DNA of 54,968 nt, taken from the NCBI GenBank assembly GCA_036009565.1, contig DASYLM010000348.1:1-54968 (forward strand), given 5' to 3'. A model generated the notes under the pieces. The model was not told where the DNA came from. It was given only the letters and a program-made list of their open reading frames with translations, and made no database searches. Shown here piece after piece: positions 38,723-48,337 of the stretch. Origin of the DNA: Pseudonocardia sp. (GTDB lineage: Bacteria > Actinomycetota > Actinomycetes > Mycobacteriales > Pseudonocardiaceae). Numbering within the stretch: the stretch's first letter is position 1; the number at the start of each line of letters is the position of its first letter. A program made the translations under genes and the position numbers.

Positions 38723-38968
38723 TCAGCGGCCGCGCGGGACGGGGATCGCGACCGGAACCCGCCGCGGCCGGACGGTCGCGCTCAACCGCTGCCGGACGAG
38801 GCGTTCGAGCGACTCCAGCCCGGAGCCGTGTCGGGAGGCACGCAGATCGGTGCGGCACCGGCGGACCGTATCGGCGATCACCGACAGGCTGTGCTCGGAC
38901 GCGAACTCGCGGAACATCTGTTCGGTGATGTCGGCGTATGAATCGTTACCCGGTACAGCGGCGGTCAT
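38723..38968 (-). CDS. Small helical hypothetical protein
   Basis: 81 aa, ..TVRRCRTDL..LERLVRQRL pattern. Confidence 0.5.
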   Translation of the reverse strand: MTAAVPGNDSYADITEQMFREFASEHSLSVIADTVRRCRTDLRASRHGSGLESLERLVRQRLSATVRPRRVPVAIPVPRGR

Positions 38969-39128
38969 CGAACGACCTGACTTCGCCGGGGCCGCCGGCG
39001 AGGAGAGCAAACTCCTGACCCGGCGCCGCAGGGCGACACTCTCGGGGCAGGACGCCCGCAGCCTACGCGCCCGACAAAGCGGGTGGGGCCCGCCGAACAC
39101 CGGCGGACCCCAGCCCCGTTCTAGCGCC

Positions 39129-39311
39129 CTAGTGCCCGACCGTGGCGCCGCCGCGCAGACCGAGCATCGCCAGCAGCTCGATGCAGTCCTCGGCGTCGGT
39201 GGAGTGGCTGGCTACGACCAGAGTCGCCTGGCGACCGCGGGCTTCGTCCACGACGCTCGCGGCGGCGCGGATCTCCTCGTCGGTTTCGCCGGCTCTTCTG
39301 ACAAACCTCAT
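39129..39311 (-). CDS. Small hypothetical protein (60 aa)
   Basis: AGGAG-ACAT-ATG start; C-terminal VASHSTDAEDCIELLAMLGL. Confidence 0.65.
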   Translation of the reverse strand: MRFVRRAGETDEEIRAAASVVDEARGRQATLVVASHSTDAEDCIELLAMLGLRGGATVGH

Positions 39312-39599
39312 ATGTCTCCTCACACGCGCCGAGCGTTCACGCGCCGTGCGTCGGTGTACCGCTCTACAACACGGCCAGGACCCGGGAGGCTCCAGCACAC
39401 CGGCGATTTTCCGCCGGTGCGACCCCTTCAGCCTACCCTGGTACCGATCCGCCGATGTGAACGAAGCCACAACGACCGTTCGACTCGGCCGCTCAGACCA
39501 GTCCGGTTGCGACGAATACGTTGTCCAGCCGCCCCGCGAGGACGAAGATCTAGCTGACCGCCCTGCCCGGTGCATGGGTCTCGATGTGGAGGTATCCCC

Positions 39600-41081
39600 G
39601 TGGTGAACGTCGCCGACGCCCTCGCGCACGCCGCTACCGCGTACGCGGACCGCCCGGCAGTCAAGCTGGACGACGCGCAGCTGAGCTACGCCCAGCTCGA
39701 CACCGCGTCCCAGCACATCGCCGGGCTGCTGGCGGCGCGCGGCATCGGGCCGGGCGACCGGGTCGGCATCATGCTGCCGAACGTGCCGCACTGGGGCATC
39801 CTCTACTACGGCGTGCTGCGCGCCGGCGCCGTCGCGGTGCCGATGAACCCGCTGCTCAAGGAGCGGGAGGTGGCCTACTACCTCAGCGACTCCGGCGCCG
39901 GCCTGCTCTTCGCCTGGCACGGGTTCGGGGCCGAGGCGCGGGCCGGCGCGAAGCTGGCCGACGCGGAGGCGGTACTCATCGATCCGGCCGAGTTCCTCGG
40001 TCTGCTCGGCTCGGCCGAGCCCGTCGGCGGCGTCGTCGACCGCGCCGGCGACGACACGGCGGTGATCCTCTACACGTCGGGCACCACCGGGCAGCCGAAG
40101 GGCGCCGAGCTGACCCACGACAACCTGATGCGCAACGTCGAGGTCGGTAGGGCGCTGCTGGACGCCAGCCCGGACGACGTGGTCTTCGGCGGTCTGCCGC
40201 TGTTCCACGTGTTCGGGCAGACCTGCGGGCTGAACGCCTCGGTGGCCGCCGGCGCCTGCCTGACGCTGCTGCCCCGCTTCGACCCGACGAAGACGCTGGA
40301 GATCCTGCAGCGGGACAAGGTGACCATCTTCCAGGGTGTGCCGACCATGTACGTCGCGCTGGTCAACCACCCCGACCGGGCCGACTACGACCTTTCGTCG
40401 CTGCGCGTGTGTGCCTCCGGTGGCGCGGCCATGCCGGTCGAGGTGATGACGGCGTTCGAGAAGGAGTTCGGCTGCGTCGTGCTGGAGGGCTACGGGCTGT
40501 CCGAGACCTCCCCGGTCGCCTCGTTCAACGTGCCGGACCGGCGGCGGCCCGGCTCCATCGGTTTCCCGGTGTCCGGCGTGGAGTTCCGCATCGTCGACGA
40601 CGCCGACAAGGACGTTCCCGAGGGCGAGCCCGGTGAGATCGTGATCCGCGGCCACAACGTGATGAAGGGCTACTGGGGAAAGCCGGAGGCGACCGCGGCC
40701 GCGATCAAGGACGGCTGGTTCCACACCGGTGACGTGGCCAGGTGCGACGAGGACGGCTTCTACTTCATCGTGGACCGCAAGAAGGACATGATCATCCGGG
40801 GCGGCTACAACATCTACCCGCGGGAGATCGAGGAGGTGCTCTACGAGCACCCGGCCGTCGCCGAGGCCGCCGTCATCGGCATGAAGCACGCCGAGCTGGG
40901 CGAGGAGGTCGCCGCCGTCGTCGCCCTCAAACCCGGCGCCGAGGCCACCGCCGACGAGCTGCGCGACTACGTCAAGGGCAAGGTCGCCGCCTACAAGTAC
41001 CCCCGGCGGCTCGAGCTGGTCGCCTCGCTGCCGAAGGGGCCGACCGGGAAGATTCTCAAGCGCGAGATCACCCTGGACTGA
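39600..41081 (+). CDS. Long-chain fatty acid--CoA ligase
   Basis: YTSGTTGQPKG, EGYGLSETSP, WFHTGD, DRKKDMIIRGG, GPTGKILK; GGAGG SD. Confidence 0.93.
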   Translation: MVNVADALAHAATAYADRPAVKLDDAQLSYAQLDTASQHIAGLLAARGIGPGDRVGIMLPNVPHWGILYYGVLRAGAVAVPMNPLLKEREVAYYLSDSGAGLLFAWHGFGAEARAGAKLADAEAVLIDPAEFLGLLGSAEPVGGVVDRAGDDTAVILYTSGTTGQPKGAELTHDNLMRNVEVGRALLDASPDDVVFGGLPLFHVFGQTCGLNASVAAGACLTLLPRFDPTKTLEILQRDKVTIFQGVPTMYVALVNHPDRADYDLSSLRVCASGGAAMPVEVMTAFEKEFGCVVLEGYGLSETSPVASFNVPDRRRPGSIGFPVSGVEFRIVDDADKDVPEGEPGEIVIRGHNVMKGYWGKPEATAAAIKDGWFHTGDVARCDEDGFYFIVDRKKDMIIRGGYNIYPREIEEVLYEHPAVAEAAVIGMKHAELGEEVAAVVALKPGAEATADELRDYVKGKVAAYKYPRRLELVASLPKGPTGKILKREITLD

Positions 41082-41100
41082 GCGGGCTCGCCGGTCGCCG

Positions 41101-42327
41101 TCAGCCGGCCCAGTGACCGCGGTCGAACTCGGCGGGCGCCGGCGGCCCGGCGAACGTGATCGAGCGGTCCGACACCATCTTGACCGTGTGCAGGGCCTGA
41201 CGGTCCAGCAGCGCGTTGATCTCGGTGTCGTCGAGCTGCTCGATCTCCTCGAAGAAGCTCAGCACCCGGCTCACGTGGAGCGCGACGAGGTGGTCCCGCG
41301 CGCTCTGGAAGTGGCCGGCCGCGAGCGTCTGCACCGCGTCCGCGAGCAGCGGCGGCCAGTCCTGGGTGGCGATCCGCGGGCCCCACGGCGCGGCGGGCAG
41401 CCCGGCCATGTTCGGGAAGAGCCGGCCCATCTCGGGACCGTGGGCCGCCAGGTAACGGCGCACCGCGGCGCCGACCCCCGCAACCAGGGCGGGGTCCTGC
41501 GGTGCGGCGGCGTTGTCCACCGCGCGCCGGACGACCGGGCCGTCCAGGGCGGCGGGCCGGGGCCGTTCGCAGCGCAGCGCCACCTGGAACAGGGAGTCCA
41601 GGACCTGCTGGGGCAGCTGCAGGATCTTCGGGAACGGCGAGTTGTGCAGCTTGCGCCCGAGCGGCACCTCGACCACCGGGTGCCCCTCGCGCAGGGTGTT
41701 GGCGGTCAGCCAGATGTCGATGCCGTAGAGCTGCGCGCTGGCCGGGCGCGGCCACTCCGGTACCCGGCACAGCAGCGCGCGGTTCAGCGCGAACTCGCCG
41801 CCGATGGGCTGCTGCAGATGGCGACCGAACAGCGCGGCGACCAGCGGGCGGGCCAGGTGGTTGGTGGTGTTCGCCTCGTAGCGGTTGCGGCGGTACACCG
41901 GGACCGCCAGCCTCGGGTCCGGCCCGTCGACGGCCGAGGCGAGCCGGCCGATCCAGTCCGCGCGCGCCGAGCGCAGGTCGGCGTCCAGCAGGATCAGCCG
42001 CTCGGCCCGCAACTCGACCGCCGTGGTGATCAGCGCCAGCACGTTGGTGCCCTTGCCGGTCGCCCCGCCGCCGGACTGCACGACCCGCTTCGGCGTCTCG
42101 GTCGGCGCGGCCAGGAAGGCCTCCGGCGTGCCATCGGTGCTGCCGTTGTCCGCCAGTACGACGAGGTTGTCACCGCCGGGGAAGGCCAGCCGCAGCCCGG
42201 CGTCCGCCGCCTGGGCCACCGCGGCGATGGTGGTGGCCTCGTCGCGGGCCGGGATGCCCACGACGGTCACCCCGGACACGTTGGAGTCCGCCCAGGGTGC
42301 CGGGGTGGACCGGACCGCACTGACCAT
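41101..42327 (-). CDS. GT-A glycosyltransferase, glucosylglycerate/mannosylglycerate synthase-like
   Basis: VGIPARDE, ADNGSTDGT, GKG, DADL, P.YRRNRYE..TTNHL..P, QPIGGEF, YGIDIWLT. Confidence 0.72.
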   Translation of the reverse strand: MVSAVRSTPAPWADSNVSGVTVVGIPARDEATTIAAVAQAADAGLRLAFPGGDNLVVLADNGSTDGTPEAFLAAPTETPKRVVQSGGGATGKGTNVLALITTAVELRAERLILLDADLRSARADWIGRLASAVDGPDPRLAVPVYRRNRYEANTTNHLARPLVAALFGRHLQQPIGGEFALNRALLCRVPEWPRPASAQLYGIDIWLTANTLREGHPVVEVPLGRKLHNSPFPKILQLPQQVLDSLFQVALRCERPRPAALDGPVVRRAVDNAAAPQDPALVAGVGAAVRRYLAAHGPEMGRLFPNMAGLPAAPWGPRIATQDWPPLLADAVQTLAAGHFQSARDHLVALHVSRVLSFFEEIEQLDDTEINALLDRQALHTVKMVSDRSITFAGPPAPAEFDRGHWAG

Positions 42328-42581
42328 GATCGCTACCACCCCTTCCGCCGGACACCGGCCGGATGGCGGTCCCGGGCATCGGGACGGACGTCTCGGCGTG
42401 GTCGGCGGCGGTGACGGGACCACCAGGTCGCTCGACCCGCGGTGGCTACCCACGGTAGGGCCCGAACGCGGCACTTGGCCAGCGCCGTCGGCGAGTCGGC
42501 GGGTCGGCGAGTCGGCCGCCCGGTTCCGGCGTCACGACTTGGTAAGGGTCGGCGGCGGTACCGACTGGCTACGGTGGCCAG

Positions 42582-43940
42582 GTGTTGATCACCGAGCGTC
42601 GGTCCGGCCGGCGCGGCGGTGTCGTCCCCGACCTGGTCGCGGTTGCCGGCGCCGCGATGCTGGTGTCGGTGGCCGCGCTCCTCGGCTGGCGGCTGATCGG
42701 CGCCGGCGTGGACATCGACCTGGGGTTCCCGCCGCTGCTGGCCCGGTGGCTGCCACACGTCGGCCCCGGCACACCGGCGGCGGTGGCCGTCGCCGCGCTG
42801 GTCGCCACGAACGGCCCCGGGCTGGCCGGGCGGCTGCGCTGGCACACGCTGCTCCTGGCCGCGTACCCGACCGCGGTGCTGTGGACGCTGGCACTGGCCA
42901 CGGTGGACGGCTGGCAGCGCGGGGTGGCCGGCCGGCTGGCCACCAGGGACGAGTACCTGCACGACGTGCCGCTGGTCGGCGACGTCCCGCTGCTGCTGCG
43001 CACCTTCTCCGACCACATCCTGACCACGGCGGTCGACCCCGGCCAGAGCTGGTCCTGGACCACCCACGTCGGTGCCCATCCCCCGCTGGCGTTCCTGCTC
43101 TTCGTCTGGCTGGACCGGGTCGGCCTCGGCGGGGGCGGCCCGGCCGGGGTGTCGGTGATCCTGGTCGGGGCCTCGGCGTGCGTCGCCGTAGCGGTCACCC
43201 TGCGTGCCCTCGGCGCCGAGCGGATCGCCCGCCGCTCGCTGCCGTTCGGGGTGTTGCTGCCCGGCGCGGTGTGGGTCGGGGTCTCGGCGGACGGCCTCTT
43301 CGCCGGCGTCCTGGCCTGGAGCGTCGCGCTGGTCGCGGTGGGCTGTGCCGGGCGCGGTCTCCGGTCCGGCGCCGCGGCGGCGGCCGGCGGGGCGCTGTAC
43401 GGGTGCTGCCTCTACCTGTCCTACGGGCTGGCGCTCGGCGTGCTGCTCCCGCTGGCCGTGCTGGCCGGTACCCGTGCCGGCCGTGCGGCGGTGCTCGCCG
43501 CCTCGGGTCTGGCCGTCGTCGTGCTGGCGTTCACCGCGAGCGGGTTCTGGTGGTTCACCGGCTACGCCGACGTCAAGGTGATCTACGCGGCGAGCATCGC
43601 GGCCAGCCGGCCGTATCTGTACTTCGGGCTGGCCGACATCGCGGCGGTGCTGTTCGCCGCCGGTCCGGCCCTGGTCGCCGGGATCCGGCGGGCGGTGGCC
43701 GACCCCGGCGCCCTGCCGCGGCCGGCGGCCCTGCTGTCCGGCGCCGCGGTGACCGCGATCCTGCTCGCCGACCTGTCCGGCATGAGCAAGGGTGAGGTCG
43801 AGCGCATCTGGCTGCCCTTCGTGGTCTGGCTGGTGCCGCTCGCCGCACTGCTCGGGCGGCCCGCGGCACCACGGGCCTGGTTGCTCGGCCAGGCGGTGCT
43901 GGCGCTGGCGGTCAACCACCTGCTGCTCACCGTGTGGTGA
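42582..43940 (+). CDS. Polytopic membrane protein, GT-C-like conserved actinobacterial family
   Basis: EYLHDV, WTTHVGAHPP, WVGVSAD, SKGEVERIWLPF; many TM segments. Confidence 0.75.
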   Translation: MLITERRSGRRGGVVPDLVAVAGAAMLVSVAALLGWRLIGAGVDIDLGFPPLLARWLPHVGPGTPAAVAVAALVATNGPGLAGRLRWHTLLLAAYPTAVLWTLALATVDGWQRGVAGRLATRDEYLHDVPLVGDVPLLLRTFSDHILTTAVDPGQSWSWTTHVGAHPPLAFLLFVWLDRVGLGGGGPAGVSVILVGASACVAVAVTLRALGAERIARRSLPFGVLLPGAVWVGVSADGLFAGVLAWSVALVAVGCAGRGLRSGAAAAAGGALYGCCLYLSYGLALGVLLPLAVLAGTRAGRAAVLAASGLAVVVLAFTASGFWWFTGYADVKVIYAASIAASRPYLYFGLADIAAVLFAAGPALVAGIRRAVADPGALPRPAALLSGAAVTAILLADLSGMSKGEVERIWLPFVVWLVPLAALLGRPAAPRAWLLGQAVLALAVNHLLLTVW

Positions 43941-44035
43941 ACCGCCGAAACCCGATCGCCCCGGCACGCTCGCACCGACCATGATGACCTCGGGCTGACC
44001 TGGGGACGACCTCGGGCGGGACGGGAACGGGGACC

Positions 44036-44869
44036 ATGGGCGGGCAACGGAACACCGGTCCGGCGCTGACCGCGTTCGTGGGGCGGGTCGGCGACCACAA
44101 CGACCGGGCGATGAGCGCCGCCGCCACCCTCGGCGAGGCGCTGGCGGCGCGGCTGGCGCTGCCGCTGACCACGGTGGGCACCCCGAAGCCGGCGCTGGCG
44201 CAGGGCTGGCGGGCCGAGCTCGACGCGGCCCGCAACGACCTCGTGCTGATGCGGCGGCGGTATCGGGAGATCCTGGACCAGGGCCAGGTCCCGGTGTCCG
44301 CCATCACCCGGTGCGCGGTCGCGGTGGCCACGCTGCCCGCCGTCGCGCGGGTGCACCCCGACGCGGTGGTGCTGTGGCTGGACGCGCACGCGGACCTCAA
44401 CGTGCCCGGCTCCAGCCCGTCCGGCTACCTGGGCGGCATGGCGCTGTCCGGCCCGGCGGGGCTGTGGGACACCGGCCACGGTGCGGGCGTCGACCTCGGG
44501 CGCGCGGTGCTGTGCGGCGCCCGGGACATCGACCCGGCGGAGCGGGAGCTCATCGACGCCGGCCGCATCCGGCACCTGCCGATCGGTGACGGGCTACCCG
44601 AGCGGCTCGCCGCGCTGCTGACCGGGCAGCGGGTCTACCTCCACCTCGACTGCGACGTGCTGGAACCCGGCACGGTGCCGACCGACTACGCCGTGCCGGG
44701 CGGCCTGACGCTGCCCCAGCTGAACGCGGTCGCCGAGGTGGTGGCCGCCGGCGAGCTGGTGGGCGCGGAGTTCGGCGAGTACGAGGGCCGCTGGGCCGAC
44801 GGCACCCGCTGCCCGCCCGACGAACTGCTCGACGCGCTGAGCCCGCTGCTCGCGGCCCTGACCAGCTGA
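44036..44869 (+). CDS. Arginase/ureohydrolase family protein
   Basis: WLDAHADLN, GYLGGM, GARDIDP.E, HLDCDVL, PGGL. Confidence 0.88.
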   Translation: MGGQRNTGPALTAFVGRVGDHNDRAMSAAATLGEALAARLALPLTTVGTPKPALAQGWRAELDAARNDLVLMRRRYREILDQGQVPVSAITRCAVAVATLPAVARVHPDAVVLWLDAHADLNVPGSSPSGYLGGMALSGPAGLWDTGHGAGVDLGRAVLCGARDIDPAERELIDAGRIRHLPIGDGLPERLAALLTGQRVYLHLDCDVLEPGTVPTDYAVPGGLTLPQLNAVAEVVAAGELVGAEFGEYEGRWADGTRCPPDELLDALSPLLAALTS

Positions 44870-44910
44870 CGCACCCCGGTTATACCGCGCTGCACAGGAC
44901 GCAGGCCGCA

Positions 44911-44939
44911 CAGCCCCGCGCCGCCACGGCGCGGGGCTG
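44911..44939. terminator. GC hairpin between convergent genes
   Basis: 13-bp perfect stem CAGCCCCGCGCCG/CGGCGCGGGGCTG, 3-nt loop. Confidence 0.7.
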
Positions 44940-44969
44940 ATCGGACCTGGGCCGGGCCGACTCCGGGGC

Positions 44970-46127
44970 TCAGCCCTTGAGCAGCGCCCTGGCCATGACC
45001 ATCCGCTGGATCTGGTTGGTGCCCTCGTAGATCTGGGTGATCTTGGCGTCGCGCATCATCCGCTCGACCGGGAAGTCCTGCGTGTAGCCCGCCCCGCCGA
45101 ACAGCTGGACCGCGTCGACGGTGACGTCCATCGCCACGTCCGAGGCGTAGCACTTCGCAGCGCTGGCCATGAACGTCATGTCCTTGTCGCCGCGCTCGAC
45201 CTTGGCAGCCGCGACGTAGACCAGCTGGCGAGCCGCCTCGACCTTCATGGCCATGTCGGCGAGCATGAACTGCACGCCCTGGAAGTCCGAGATCGAGCGA
45301 CCGAACTGGCGACGCTCCTTGACGTAGGCCACCGAGGCGTCCAGCGCGCCCTGGGCGATGCCGAGGGCCTGGGCGCCGATGGTCGGCCGGGTGTGGTCGA
45401 AGGTTCGCATGGCGGTCTTGAAGCCGGTGCCGGGCTCGCCGATGATGCGGTCCGCCGGGATGGTGCAGTTGGTCATGTAGATCTCGCAGGTGGGCGAGCC
45501 CTTGATGCCGAGCTTGCGCTCCTTCGGGCCGACCTCGAAGCCGGGGTCGTCGGCGTGCACCACGAACGCGGAGACGCCGTTCGCGCCCTTCTCCGGGTCG
45601 GTCGACGCGAAGACGGTGTACCAGGACGAGACGCCGGCGTTGGTGATCCACGCCTTGGTCCCGTTGAGTACCCAGTGGTCGCCGTCGAGCCGGGCCCTGG
45701 TCTTCATGGCCACCGCGTCCGAGCCGGACTCCCGCTCGGAGAGGGCGTAGGAGATCATCGCCTCGCCGCTGGCGATGGACGGCATGACCTGCTTCTTCAG
45801 CTCTTCCGACGCCGCGAGCAGGATCGGCATGCTGCCCAGCTTGTTGATCGCCGGGACCAGCGACGAGCTGGCGCAGACCCGCGCGACCTCTTCGATCACG
45901 ATGCAGCCGGCGACCGCGTCCGCTCCGTCGCCGCCGTACTCCTCCGGAAGGTGCACCGCGTGGAAGCCGGCGGCGGTGAGCGCCGTACGTGCCTCGGTGG
46001 GATAGCGCGCCTTGTCATCGACGTCGGCGGCATGCGGCGCGATTTCCTTCTCGGACAGCGAGCGGATGGCCGCGCGGAGCTCTCGGTGCTCTTCGGGGAG
46101 CTGGTAGATGTCGAAATCCGGGTTCAC
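44970..46127 (-). CDS. Acyl-CoA dehydrogenase (FadE25-like)
   Basis: YALSERESGSD, LNGTKAWITN, ERRQFG, QLFGGAGY, RDAKITQIYEGTNQIQR; downstream of purE; start uncertain. Confidence 0.92.
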   Translation of the reverse strand: MNPDFDIYQLPEEHRELRAAIRSLSEKEIAPHAADVDDKARYPTEARTALTAAGFHAVHLPEEYGGDGADAVAGCIVIEEVARVCASSSLVPAINKLGSMPILLAASEELKKQVMPSIASGEAMISYALSERESGSDAVAMKTRARLDGDHWVLNGTKAWITNAGVSSWYTVFASTDPEKGANGVSAFVVHADDPGFEVGPKERKLGIKGSPTCEIYMTNCTIPADRIIGEPGTGFKTAMRTFDHTRPTIGAQALGIAQGALDASVAYVKERRQFGRSISDFQGVQFMLADMAMKVEAARQLVYVAAAKVERGDKDMTFMASAAKCYASDVAMDVTVDAVQLFGGAGYTQDFPVERMMRDAKITQIYEGTNQIQRMVMARALLKG

Positions 46128-46193
46128 GAGCGGTGATGCTAATGCCAGGCCCTGCGCTCGCACAGAGGACGACATCCCTACGGACATGTGACA

Positions 46194-46300
46194 GCCCCCG
46201 GGCCGTATCACACCTTCGGGTTAGCGAATAGCGGTGTGACCGAGCTGGACAATGGCTCGGAGCCCGGGGGCCGGGTGACTGTCGGGGGATTGCCGGCACC
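46194..46300 (-). ncRNA. Candidate structured RNA (three-way junction)
   Basis: Outer stem 46194-46203/46262-46271; inner stems 46208-46214/46233-46239 and 46240-46245/46255-46260; strand inferred from flanking genes and the upstream sORF. Confidence 0.55.
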
Positions 46301-46335
46301 GGACCGGCTTCCATCGACCGTCAGGATTCGCGGTG

Positions 46336-46374
46336 CTAGCGGACAGCCACCTCACAAGTCCTGCTGCTATTCAA
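46336..46374 (-). CDS. Candidate 12-aa small ORF MNSSRTCEVAVR
   Basis: GGAGGGAGGTG-N8-TTG ... TAG, upstream of the structured element. Confidence 0.4.
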   Translation of the reverse strand: MNSSRTCEVAVR

Positions 46375-46478
46375 CGCTGGACCACCTCCCTCCGTGTGTA
46401 CTCGTACGCTACGACCGAAACGGCCGCTCCGGCAACGACGTTTGCTGAGAGCGATACCACTGGGTGCCCCGGCGGGCT

Positions 46479-47003
46479 CTACTCGCCGAGCGAGGCCCGC
46501 AGCGCGGCGTCCTTGGCCAGCACCAGTTTCTCCAGCTCAGCCTGCTGGGCCGCCACCCGGGCCCGCAGCTCCGGGTCGGACGCGCCGAGCATCCGGACCG
46601 CCAGCAGGCCGGCGTTGCGCGCCCCGCCCACCGATACGCAGGCCACCGGCACCCCGGCCGGCATCTGCACGATCGACAGCAGCGAGTCGAGCCCGTCCAG
46701 GTAGGCCAGCGGCACCGGCACCCCGATCACCGGCAGCGGGGTCGCCGAGGCCACCATCCCCGGCAGGTGGGCCGCGCCGCCGGCCCCGGCGATGATCACC
46801 CGCAGGCCGCGCCCGGCGGCGCTCTCCGCGTAGTCCAGCATCCGGCGCGGGGTCCGGTGCGCGGACACCACGGAGACCTCGTGCGCTATCCCGAACTCGG
46901 TCAGCGCCTCGGCCGCCGCCGACATCACCGGCCAGTCCGAGTCGCTGCCCATGATCACGCCGACCACCGCGCCGCCGTCCGACCTGTCAGCCCAGTCCGT
47001 CAT
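46479..47003 (-). CDS. purE: N5-CAIR mutase
   Basis: [37 protein letters not shown]. Confidence 0.97.
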   Translation of the reverse strand: MTDWADRSDGGAVVGVIMGSDSDWPVMSAAAEALTEFGIAHEVSVVSAHRTPRRMLDYAESAAGRGLRVIIAGAGGAAHLPGMVASATPLPVIGVPVPLAYLDGLDSLLSIVQMPAGVPVACVSVGGARNAGLLAVRMLGASDPELRARVAAQQAELEKLVLAKDAALRASLGE

Positions 47004-48218
47004 TCAGTGCACCTCCCAGCCGTCCCGCCAGACTGCCCGGGACATCCACTCCGCCGCCAGCGAGGCACGCCGGCGGGTGTCGGTTAGCTCCGCGCCGAGC
47101 ACGGTGACGTGCCCGATCTTGCGACCCGGCCGCTCGCCCTTGCCGTACAGGTGCGCCTTCGCGTCGGGGAACCGGGCGAACAGGTGGTGCAGCCGCTCGT
47201 CCAGGCCCATCTCCGGGACCGGGTCGCCGCCGAGCACGTTCGCCATCACGGTGACCGGCGCGGTCGCCGTCGTGTCCCCCAGCGGGTAGTCCAGCACCGC
47301 GCGCAGGTGCTGCTCGAACTGCGAGGTGCGGGAGCCCTCGATGGTCCAGTGCCCGGAGTTGTGCGGCCGCATCGCCAGCTCGTTGACCAGCAGCCCGGTC
47401 CCGTCCGGACCGGGCCCGTCCACCTCGAACAGCTCGACCGCGAGCAACCCGACCACGTCGAGCTCGGCGGCGAGGTGCAGCGCGAGCCGCTGGGCCGCCT
47501 CGGCGCGCGCCGCGGGCAGCCCCGGTGCCGGCGCGATCACCTCCACGCAGATCCCGTTGTCCTGCACGGACTGCACCACCGGCCAGGCCGCGCCCTGCCC
47601 GAACGGCGAGCGGGCCACCAGCGCGGCCAGCTCGCGGCGCATCACCACCCGCTGCTCGACCAACAGCGGGGTGTCGGCCGCGAGGGTCTCGGCCACGACC
47701 GGGGCGGCGTGGATCGGGTCGTCGAGCATCCAGATGCCGCGCCCGTCGTAGCCACCCCGCCTCGCCTTGAGCACCACCGGCCAGCCGTGCTCCGCGCCGA
47801 ACGCCGCGACCTCCGCCATCGACGACACCGCACGGAACGGCGGGCACGGCACTCCCAGCGCGGACAGCCGCTCGCGCATCACCAGCTTGTCCTGGGCGTG
47901 CACCAGGGCGGCGGGCGGCGGCCGCAGCGGCACCGCTCCACCGACCGCCGAGGCGGCCAGCGAGGCGAGCGGCTCGGTGGGCACGCCCTCGTGGTCGAAG
48001 GTCACCACGTCGCAGGTCTCCAGGAACTCGGCGAGCGCGGCGGCGTCGTCCGGGGCGCCGAGCACGACGTTCGGGCTCACCATGGCGGCCGGTTCGTCGG
48101 GTGAGACGGCGAGTACGCGCAGTGACTGCCCGAGCGCGATCGCCGCCTGATGGGTCATCCTGGCCAGCTGCCCGCCGCCGACCATTCCGACGACGGGGAG
48201 GCGAGTGCGGGGGTCCAC
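47004..48218 (-). CDS. purK: N5-CAIR synthase
   Basis: GGGQLARM, TFDHE, GGYDGRG, NELAMRPHNSGH, SQFEQHLRA, RKIGH. Confidence 0.96.
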   Translation of the reverse strand: MDPRTRLPVVGMVGGGQLARMTHQAAIALGQSLRVLAVSPDEPAAMVSPNVVLGAPDDAAALAEFLETCDVVTFDHEGVPTEPLASLAASAVGGAVPLRPPPAALVHAQDKLVMRERLSALGVPCPPFRAVSSMAEVAAFGAEHGWPVVLKARRGGYDGRGIWMLDDPIHAAPVVAETLAADTPLLVEQRVVMRRELAALVARSPFGQGAAWPVVQSVQDNGICVEVIAPAPGLPAARAEAAQRLALHLAAELDVVGLLAVELFEVDGPGPDGTGLLVNELAMRPHNSGHWTIEGSRTSQFEQHLRAVLDYPLGDTTATAPVTVMANVLGGDPVPEMGLDERLHHLFARFPDAKAHLYGKGERPGRKIGHVTVLGAELTDTRRRASLAAEWMSRAVWRDGWEVH

Positions 48219-48337
48219 AGGGTGGAGACGATATCCGGGCCGTTCATCGACCTCGGTCGGAGGCCATCCCGGCCGTTCAAGCGGTGTTTCCCGCGACAGT
48301 CGGTGAGCGCCGGGGACCGATCTCTTAGACTGTGCGG

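Noticed and set aside
39129-40889. 586-aa minus-strand ORF, and similar long ORFs 7940..9547, 53107..54738, 33763..35223, 41885..43795, 25013..26686
   Set aside because: Antisense or alternate-frame shadows of well-supported genes, typical of high-GC DNA; R/G/P/H-rich with no motifs (only the last 60 codons of 39129..40889 look real)
44890-44940. Fifth copy of the four-box element
   Set aside because: CACAG motifs are 16 bp apart with no matching GTCTGTG pair; explained as a simple hairpin
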